A program made the position numbers and the translations under genes. Shown piece by piece: positions 1-8,589 of a stretch of DNA of 64,000 nucleotides. Position 1 is the stretch's first letter. Each line of letters opens with the position of its first letter. The notes under the pieces are model-generated. The model was not told the origin of the DNA. It did not search any database and worked only from the letters and a program-made list of their open reading frames with translations. Source of the DNA: Gnetum montanum. Taxonomy: Eukaryota; Plantae; Gnetophyta. The stretch is taken from assembly GCA_015680685.1 (NCBI GenBank), contig MNCI01001005.1, forward strand, positions 203,438 through 267,437, written 5' to 3'.

Positions 1-416
1 TTGCAATTATGATCGGAATGTCCATCTTTGTCATGTGTTTTTATTCCTTTTTAAAACCCTTTGTGTCTGTCGCTATGAGAATCTAGGTTATGGATAGTTG
101 AGTAAAGATTCTAATACACAACCCCTTGAGTGAAGTCAATGAGAGGAACATCATTGAGATAGCCACTATGATTTATTCATTAAGAACCGAATTTCATTGT
201 GGTCTATGTGCTAGACTACTTGATTGAGGTAGCCATTTGTGCTGAAAAGGTGTTAGCCATAGACTTGTGATGTCTCTCCTATTGTAAGTTCCTTTGACGT
301 TGTGCCCTCTGTGGATCGATACTCTCTTGAGTCGTGTTCATACACAATGTATTCTTCTTGTAAATACTACATGCCAATTCATTTGAGAGCACGAATAAGC
401 ATGCTCGGGACTAACA
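1..416 (+). mobile_element. Possible 3' (U5) end of an LTR abutting the viral insertion
   Basis: Contains CCCTCTGTGGATCGATACTC, resembling Athila/Tat LTR 3' motifs, and ends ...GGGACTAACA. The last 6 nt (411-416) overlap the viral arm. No partner LTR in the window. Confidence 0.3.
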
Positions 417-1258
417 GATAAACAGCCTGCACATGCACATTTACTTGTGCCTCTTCATCTTCTGTGGCTTCCGTTTCTTCATCAAACACAACAACTGAAT
501 TTTCATCTGCGACAATTACTGTACCCCTTGCTACTTCTGTTAAGAGTGCTTGACCTTCTTCTTCAAAGGGATTTATGTCTTCATCTTCATATAAATTAGC
601 TAGTGGCGTAGGAGGATATATGTAAGCCCTTCCATATTTATCATGTGATTCAACAATATATGGAAAATGGCTACTACATGAACCTGCATCTTCTTCATCA
701 AAATTTGCAATTTCAAACTGAACTGCAGTAGACAGATGTGATGGACTAGACGGAGAGGATTTAGAAGATAACAAAACACCAAATAATTCAGACCCATTCA
801 GAATTGGACAAGACTGACTTCGTCTAATAGTGACTGCTACAGCCTTTTCTGCTAGATTTGGAGTTGAAACATGTATAGAACCCATTGTCCAATAATAATT
901 AGATAAAACATCTAAACGTTCTTCAACAGGCTTTGCAATGGTTTACCAATATAAATGAACTAGGGTCCTTTTCTTCTTATGATCCTCTTTATAATCAAAC
1001 AACGTTTTAGCTAACAAATACAAATTCTTTGATTTCCATCTCTCATACTTCCATTCAGGAGTTTTCCAATAATCATTAGGATTAACAGATCATTCTGGCC
1101 AAACTTCAAGAGGGGATTGTAACTTATCTAAATAACTACTACCAAGATGGAGTTCTGTGTCGACCTCTTCGTGTTGATGACTAGTTGAAGCAGTATCTGA
1201 ATAACAGGCTCCGATACCATTCTTACGGGTGGCTGCGTCTCGCAGGGCTTTCCATTCG
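411..1258. repeat. Left arm of 848-bp inverted repeat (partner 3106-3953)
   Basis: Reverse complement matches 3106-3953. End coordinates and PBS positions all sum to 4364, so there is no net indel. Confidence 0.95.
1207..1219 (-). promoter_or_regulatory. tRNA-iMet minus-strand primer binding site (copy A)
   Basis: TGGTATCGGAGCC on the minus strand; consensus is TGGTATCAGAGC(C). Confidence 0.85.
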
Positions 1259-1530
1259 CGCTCCAATTTAGAATGAAAAGATCGCGGATCATCAAAGGGC
1301 ACAGCAGACTTTCCTTGCTTCCTTGCTTCGTTAGCCATGGCTAACTTCCTCGCACAGTGTCTAGCAAACTCAACCTTCACCGTGCACTTCCAATGGCACT
1401 TTCAGCAGGAGTTTCAGCAGACAAAGGAGTTACCTTCCAACCAGGGCAAACAATGGTGAAAACACAAGAAAACCTGTTGAGTTGAGCAATGCTCAGCAAT
1501 CTTTACACCAAACTAAGAGACAAAACGGGA

Positions 1531-1656
1531 TTACTCTGGCAACGCAACCAACAAACTGATGAGCGAATATAAGCCTAAAAAGAGTAGGGCTATAACCAGG
1601 ATTATGAGCAAGCAGAATAGAAGAAAATTCGGTTCCAACCAGAAATCATTCATCAT
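1531..1656 (-). CDS. Small hydrophobic ORF in viral leader (41 aa, predicted transmembrane)
   Basis: MMNDFWLEPNFLLFCLLIILVIALLFLGLYSLISLLVALPE*. Intact; its ATG overlaps the upstream ORF stop as ATGA. Confidence 0.45.
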   Translation of the reverse strand: MMNDFWLEPNFLLFCLLIILVIALLFLGLYSLISLLVALPE

Positions 1657-1832
1657 CGAATTAATAATCCCTGATACAACAAATGTTCCAGAATGATGAT
1701 CGCGTGTATAACCTTGAATAGCAAGAAAGAAAGGATAATCGCAAGTTCAATGATAAGTGCAAGCAGAAGATTGACTTTTATTACTCGAAAAACACATCGA
1801 ATACACATCATGAAAAACAGGCTTATAGACAT
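1653..1832 (-). CDS. Small hydrophobic ORF in viral leader (59 aa, predicted transmembrane)
   Basis: MSISLFFMMC...NLLLALIIELAIILSFLLFKVIHAIIIL...; intact and stop-start coupled to 1531-1656. Confidence 0.4.
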   Translation of the reverse strand: MSISLFFMMCIRCVFRVIKVNLLLALIIELAIILSFLLFKVIHAIIILEHLLYQGLLIR

Positions 1833-2051
1833 CACACTTACAAGATCTCATACCCTTAAAACACTACTAATTCATACATTCATTCCTACTTTCTTACTCA
1901 AATTAATGGGACTGCCCTTATTTATAACAACAGAGGGCGTGGAGAACACACAACACAACCTTGGCGTGCAAGCCAAGCAAAGACAGGCATACAAGCCACG
2001 CCTAGATAGCTTTCAGGATAGCACGATGGACAGGACAGATCTTTCCACGTG
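1777..2051 (-). promoter_or_regulatory. Viral pregenomic-RNA promoter and poly(A) signal
   Basis: On the minus strand: G-box CACGTG 2046-2051, TATAAATA 1919-1926, 3-codon sORF MNV* 1872-1883, AATAAA 1777-1782. This order matches caulimovirid terminal redundancy. Confidence 0.7.
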
Positions 2052-2118
2052 CCTTCTTGTAATCAAAACATTCTTTGATAAGCTTAGACAGCTCGGTAAG
2101 GATTCCGACAGGTGTTGA

Positions 2119-3104
2119 TCAAACGTCGTCATCTTGTAGCTGAAGTTGCTTTGGCACCACGCATTCGTTTGCGTACCAAGTAAGCTCTTGGAAAAAGTTG
2201 ATTCTCTGGAAATGTGTGCATAGCTTTTCTTCCCACTGAGTTGATTCCAACGTCTCATTCAAGTAATGTCTGGCATGCTCGTTAGCAAACAAAGGGTGGA
2301 GAATGAGGATGAGGTTGTCGAGCATATCGGTAATGTGGAGATGCCTTAAAAGCTTTGCTTCGAGCTGACTCCATCGAAGATTGTTGACCACACAATCGAT
2401 GCGTCCCACCATATTCACAAAGAAATATAAGGTAGGATACTGTTTTGATTGACTGAGTGATGATTCCTGCGGAAAAAGGTTAGAAACCTGTCTTACCCAT
2501 TTAACACGATCCTCAAGGGTTGCCACAGGCCAAAGTTTCCAATCTTCATTGTCTTGCATTGGATTCATTGAATCGCTACTGGACTCAGCATGAGCATGAA
2601 ACATCTTTACTTGTGGCTTTAATTCCCTGGTCAGGGCATTAGGTAGGCTGTTGGTGATGCCAGGAATTCGTTCTATGGAGAACTTATATTGTGCAAGAAG
2701 AAATTGCCACCATGAAAATCTTTGGAGTTTGGGCAATGGACTAATTTTCCTCTTTAATAACGTAGCTAAATTAGACGAATCTGTTCGTAAGATAAATGGT
2801 TTAGAAATCAAATGGATGTGAAAATTTTCCAAACCTCTGACTGCTGCACGGATTTCCTTTTCTACCAGCCAATAATTTAACTCATTCTTCAAAAATGTTC
2901 CGGAAGCATAGGCACAAACTTGTTCGGTTTCCTAACTGTTGCTTGCTTGAAGAAGAACAGCTGCCCAAGCATCATAACTGGCATCTATATTTAAAATAAA
3001 CGGACCTTTTAGGATTGGTTGTAACGGAGGCAAGTTCTGGCATTCTGCTTTGAGCTGTTGAACTTGAATTGTGGCTTCCTTGAACCACCATCTGTATTGT
3101 GATC
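2119..3104 (-). pseudogene. Viral RT connection, RNase H and ~160-aa C-terminal domain of unknown function
   Basis: FILNIDASYDAWAAVLLQ...(one in-frame TAG)...VCAYASGTF-KNELNYWLVEKEIRA...FILRTDS...NSLPNALTR, continuing in frame to the stop at 2119. Confidence 0.9.
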
Positions 3105-3105
3105 A

Positions 3106-3953
3106 CGAATGGAAAGCCCTTCGAGACGTAGCCACCCGTAAGAATGGTATCAGAGCCTGTTATTCAGATGCTGCTTCAACGAGTCATCAACCTGAAGAGG
3201 TCGACACAGAACTCTGTCTTGGTAGCAGTTATACAGATAAGTTAAAATCCCCTCTTGAAGTTTGGCCAGATTGGTCTGTTAATCCTAATGATTATTGGGA
3301 AACTCCTGAATGGAAGTATGAGAGATGGCAATCAGAGAATTTGTATTTGTTAGCTAAAACTTTATTTAATTATAAGGAAGATCATCAGAAGAAAAGGACC
3401 CTAGGTCATCTATATTGCCAAACCATAGCAAAGCCTGTTGAAGAACGTTTAGATATTTTATCTAAATATGATTGGATGATGGGTTCTATGCATGTTTCAA
3501 CTCCAAATCTAGCAGAAAAGGCTGTAGCAGTCACTATTAGACGAAGTCAGTCTTGTCCAATTCTGAATGGGTTTGAATTATTTGGTGTTTTTTTATCTTC
3601 TAAATCCTGTCCGTCTAGTCTGTCACATCCGTCTACTCCAGTTCAGTTTGAAATTGCAAATTTTGATGAAGAAGATGCGAGTTCATGTAGTAGCCGTTTT
3701 CCATATATTGTTGAATCACATGATAAATATGGGAGGGCTTACATATATCCTCCTATGCTGCTAGCTAATTTATATGAAGATGAAGACATAAATCCCTTTG
3801 AAGAAGAAGATCAAGCACTCTTAAGAGAAGTAGCAAGGGGTACAGTAATTGTCGCAGATGAAAATTCAGCTGCTGTGTTTGATGAAGAAACGGAAGCCAC
3901 AGAAGATGAAGAGGCACAAGTAAATGTGCGTGTGCAGGCTGTTTATCTGTTAG
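3106..3953. repeat. Right arm of 848-bp inverted repeat
   Basis: Reverse complement of 411-1258. Confidence 0.95.
3145..3157 (+). promoter_or_regulatory. tRNA-iMet primer binding site (copy B)
   Basis: Perfect TGGTATCAGAGCC. Confidence 0.9.
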
Positions 3954-4201
3954 CTCGAGCTACATTCGAAGATAGAGATACAGACTTTGCAGAGGAATGG
4001 GACAATATGCCCAATTGGGATACAGATAGTGATGATAGTTCGGCTAGCAGCACAGATAGAAGAATACTTGGCCCAAGAATTCATATGCTTCGCTCGGTCA
4101 CATTCTGTGACGCTTGAAGACAAGGATAAAGGCAAAGGTGAAATATCTGAGGAACAACAAGCTATTATACCTTTTTCTGAAGCTCTGCTCAAAGCAAAAT
4201 T

Positions 4202-4770
4202 GTATATGTCAAATGGAGTACACAAATGGATCTAAAGTTTCCAGATATTCCAAAATATGCGATCTACAATTTTACAAACACCTTTTCAGCATGAATCGCT
4301 ACCTCAATCAAGCAGTCTAAAGCAATTCTTGATGTCAAAGGTAAAGGAATTTGACCTATTCTGTTACCTTTATTCACGGCTGAAGAAATTGATAAGTGGC
4401 AAAAACAAAATTATGCCTATGTTCATTTAGGATAGATAGATATTATAGTTAGTCCCAAGTTCAACTATAATATCAATGCAGAATATGTTATTACTCTCTT
4501 GGATAGTAGGGTTATAGGCAATGGAATTAGTCAGGATCCAAAGATAGCCTGGGAAACTGCGAAAATTTGTCAATTTCAAGAACATTAGATGCAGATGCTT
4601 TGTGCACCGTTCAGCCTAATTTCTAGTTAGCATTAGCCGATGATTATATCACAAATGCTTTATTACTTTGTATAGAAATCCATGATATTGATTTACTTCT
4701 AGGATCAGTATATGCTATAGTGGCAGTTAGAGGAACTTATCAGTTGTCAAATACAATTTTGATGAATCAC
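4202..4770 (+). pseudogene. 30K-superfamily viral movement protein domain
   Basis: LKFPDIPKYAIY...YAYVHLG*IDIIVSPKF...ITLLDSR...TVQPNF*LALADD...RGTYQLSNT. In-frame stops and a 1-nt frameshift near 4580. Confidence 0.85.
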
Positions 4771-5649
4771 AAGTTAAAGTGGGACATTCAATTTCCCAAG
4801 GGAAGCCAACATTTAACTGCTTGTGGAAGGTCAATTCAGGCACCCAATTATATTCAAAGTTTTTCAAAGATTCAAAATTTGCTTCACGCTCAAGAATTTA
4901 AGATGGTGGAAAAGCCTAAATGCCGATGGAGTCAATATCCTATTCAGCAATTTGGTAGGCAAGCAACAATCACTTTGGAGACATTACCACCAGTCCTACC
5001 ATCACAAAAGTATGCAGAAACTTCTTCTCCAAGTTACGACACCCGTGCTGCAATTCTGATGATGCAACCATCCTACCGACAAGTGGGATCTCGAAGATTA
5101 CTGCAAGGAGGGATATGGCCACCTAAAGGTGCGTATGCTACAACCGCATCAGAAGTGGAACAGCCAATAACAAGAGCTGATTGCAGTTACCTTTTGGAGC
5201 ACACAGCCAGCAGTGCTCAAGATCAACCAAACAATACAAGACAGCTGAATTATTTGTGTCACTGGACTTCTTATGCTTCTCAGCATATTACTCAAATTCA
5301 TGATCAAGTGGTTCATTTGGAGCAAGGTATCACACATATGGATAATCAGCTAGTTAACATGTCTCAAGAATTAGCTGATCACCTTACAGAATATGAAGCC
5401 ATAGCACAAAAGCGGAAGAATCAAGCAAACGAGACAAAGTAGAGGTTGAAAATAGCCTTTACGGTGGAAAACTAGATAACACTTCCTAAAGCAAGTGAGC
5501 CTATTCAAAGATCTACAAGCAATCCGGTATTCAGTGATCCGCGAGATCAATTGCTTATTGAAAGAATAAAGAAGATGCAATTAGAAAAGGAAGAATCTGC
5601 CAAGCCTGTAGCTTCAACATCATCAGCCCAAGCCGACGATTGCCAACAT

Positions 5650-6620
5650 CAACTTATGATGGCCTGAAGAACATATGTCAATCCACCTTGGCAAAGAGGA
5701 CCGCCTGCAGAACCTCCGATCTTCACAGCTTTTCAGCATTGGCCAGCAACCTCAATTCCGGTCATCGATATCGATTATTTCCCTCCTAAAGAATTTCTTT
5801 ATGCAATCCGATTATGGATTGATCAGCTACGAATCAGCATGCAAGTGCTTCATGTGGATGAAAAGACAGTCATTCTAGGAGCCTTTACCCGAGCATGTGG
5901 TAAAGTTCGACATTGGTGGGAAGGAACAACTCAAGATCAGAAAAATCAAATCCTTGATACCGGATTACAAGGTGTGTTCGTTTCTCTTGTTACTGAATTT
6001 ACAGTAGATTTATCTGCAAATCTAAGATTATAAGATAAATTGTTACTTAGCCAACGAAAGTTAGAAGATTTAAGGCATTTTGAGCAGTTTAGTGTTGAGT
6101 ATTCAAATGAGGTTTATCGGCTAGCACTTCACAGAGATCCAATGATTCCTTATCTTTATTTGGGAAGTTTACCTGCAAAATTGGGGCAAATGATTCTTTA
6201 TAAAGCAATGGAGAAAAATATTGATCTATCTCTCACTTATTTTACTGATCTAATTCACATGGTGAGACAAGAGCTACAAGCTACTTGCTACAATATTCAG
6301 TTGCATCACCTGCTTCCTTCAGTAGAAGTATGTGCCAATTTAGATGGCGTTGATGTCTTTGGGAAATCCCCAAGAAGAAAAGGATCTAGAAGGCAGAAGT
6401 AGCCGCGACGCAAGTTTACCATGGCACCAAAATATGAGCAGAGGAAATGGAGAAGATCTTTTAAGTGATCAGGCCCAAAGAAGTTTTTCGCCAAATGGAG
6501 AAAAGGTCCATTCAATAGAAAGAAGGTTACTTGTTATTAATGCAAAAATCAAGGTCATTACGCTCATGAATGTCCGCAGAGAAAAGAGAAGCTCAATCCA
6601 AAGGTAAAAGCTTTCCTTGA
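5650..6620 (+). pseudogene. Viral capsid protein with basic region and CX2CX4HX4C zinc knuckle
   Basis: VIDIDY...RLWIDQL...GKVRHWWE; Arg/Lys-rich stretch; CY*CKNQGHYAHEC at 6532-6573. Confidence 0.85.
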
Positions 6621-7209
6621 AAGTTATATTGCTGATTGGGAACCTGTAGATAATGCAGACGAAGAAACAGAGAAAGTATTTGCCATTCAAGTTCTATCTA
6701 GTGATAGTGAATCTAGCCCTACATCAGAAGCAGAATCTCAGATAGAAGAAGAAGAAGAAGTAGACGAAAAAGCAAAAGATGATGAAGTGCAACAACGCAG
6801 TCTCATGATGCAAGCGTCAACATCACAACCAATAGAAGATGTCTCTGAAGAATGGTTATCAGAAGTAGATTTAAATGAAGTTAATACATGACTGAATGAA
6901 CAGCCCATGTGGTCTAAGGATTCAAGTACCGAAATCCCAATTGCAGAAGTTGACATTGAAGGAGATCGAGATTCCAGTATCTCTTCTACTTTAGGATGCA
7001 AAGAAACATTGTTGAAGGCAGCTTCTAAAGACGAGTCAGATGAAGAACCTCCTCCGAAGATAATTCATCAGAAGCTTCCACAGTTCTTGGCAACTCCCTA
7101 TCAGAAGAGATTTCCAGTTAATACTAAAGTGAAGAATTGGATCATGCCACCACCTCAAGAAAAGGTAGATCCACAAATCCAGCCCCAAATTAAGCATCTT
7201 TTAGCATTA

Positions 7210-7600
7210 CAGAATGTTTTATTGATTCCAGTAAAGATAGCAGTAGATGGGCAAAATAAGTGGAAAAAGTATTAAGCTTTTATTGATACAGGGGCATCAT
7301 TAAATTTTTGCCATAGAGATGTGATAGAATGTTGGGTAACAAGTAAGGCCATGACCTTAGAAACCATGAATGACACCATACAGCTTTCTCAGTTTGCATT
7401 TAATATCCCCATCAAATTAAATGATGAATCAGTTGGAACTGCTAATTTTGTTCAGATTTCCGATAGCGGATTTGATATTGGGTTAGGAGCTCACTTTATG
7501 GATACATTAGGTCCATATACTGTAGGGCAAGACATGATTGTCTGTACACAGCCATTGGTACAGCAAGAGCCACGAACAAAGATTATTTTAAGTCGCATCC
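7210..7600 (+). pseudogene. Viral aspartic protease
   Basis: AFIDTGASLNF (DTG at 7285-7293) and DIGLGAHFM. Confidence 0.85.
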
Positions 7601-7686
7601 CAATTTAGCTGTTAAAGAACAAGCATCCTCAGATCAGATCGACATTCAATAAGCAAAATCCATCCTTAAAAGAAGTTATTTCACAG

Positions 7687-8589
7687 TTGGAGTTAGAAGA
7701 ATTGGCTAGACAGACATATGCTAGGATTCAGCAACTCAAGAAAGCTCAAATCAACCTGACAGAACCAGGTCAACAAATGCTTAGCATTTTATTTTCTGAA
7801 TTAAAGAAGTGTTATTGTGAACATCCGTTGCAATTTTGGGATCGAGATAGTCCAGAAGCACATATCCCAATAGTCCACAACATTCTAGTGCAGTCTAAAG
7901 TGATAGTCCTCAACCAGCAGGATGCCCTCGAAATGGCAAACCAGCTAGCAGAATTTTTTGGTAAGGGATTAATTCAAAAGTCTCAATCAAATTATGCTTG
8001 TTCCAGTTTTATTGTGTGGAATCATGCAGAGATTGCCAGAGGTAAAGCTCGAATGGTGATTAATTACATTCCATTAAATGCTGTTACCATCGACATCAAA
8101 TGGCCCTTGCCGAACAAAGAATTGTTAATCCAAAAGGTTGCAGCAAAGAAGGTATTTAGTAAGTTCGATTGTAAAAGCGGATATCATCAGATTCGCATAA
8201 CTGTAGAAGACATTCATAAGACAGCATTTTCAACTCCGCAAGGTTTATATGAATGGAAGGTTATGCCCTTTGGTCTGAAGAATGCACCGGCCCAGTTTCA
8301 GCGAAGAATGGATGCCATTTTTCAACCAGTCCATCAGTTTGTGGCAAACTATATTAATGATTTTGTAATCTTTTCAGATTCCATGGAGGAACATGTTTCT
8401 CATTTGCAGAAATTTGCAGCGTTATGCCTCTAGCATGGCATTGGTTTGTCATCTGATCCAAATAAATTTCAAGTGGGAAAAACGGCAATCGAATTTTTGG
8501 GCGTAACAATTTGAGATGGAAAAACTCATATGCAACCGCATGTGCTAGAAAATATTGATCAGTTTCTAGATCGGTTAGTCATTCGAGAC
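7687..8589 (+). pseudogene. Caulimovirid reverse transcriptase (3'-truncated)
   Basis: HPLQFW, HAEIARGKARMVINY, KTAF, MPFGLKNAP, YIND (decayed YIDD), IEFLG. Ends where Athila-like gag sequence begins. Confidence 0.95.

Larger units (their letters stand above)
411..1338 (-). pseudogene. Viral first ORF/polyprotein N-terminus, copy A (truncated at 411)
   Basis: ATG in GCCATGG context at 1338 gives MANEARKQGK.... Colinear with 3106-3953. TGG>TGA stop at 1090-1092 where copy B has Trp. Confidence 0.85.
3106..4117 (+). pseudogene. Viral first ORF/polyprotein N-terminal region, copy B (acidic, unknown function; 5'-truncated)
   Basis: Open for ~336 codons, Asp/Glu-rich, homologous to copy A. Confidence 0.85.
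411..8589. mobile_element. Endogenous pararetrovirus (Caulimoviridae), two segments in opposite orientation
   Basis: MP, CP zinc knuckle, AP, RT (HAEIARGKARMVINY, FSKFDCKSGYHQ, VMPFGLKNAP) and RNase H motifs. No integrase or LTR. tRNA-Met PBS present. Orientation switches at ~3104-3106. Confidence 0.95.

Noticed and set aside
1693-2118. 141-aa plus-strand ORF
   Set aside because: Antisense to the viral promoter/leader, with no motifs; probably a shadow ORF.
3071-3105. N-terminus MASLNHHLYCDH of the 348-aa ORF
   Set aside because: GTG start made of antisense RT-connection sequence across the junction; not the viral start.
7687-8589. RT as an LTR-retrotransposon pol
   Set aside because: Caulimovirid motifs, an upstream movement protein and no integrase or LTR indicate a pararetrovirus.
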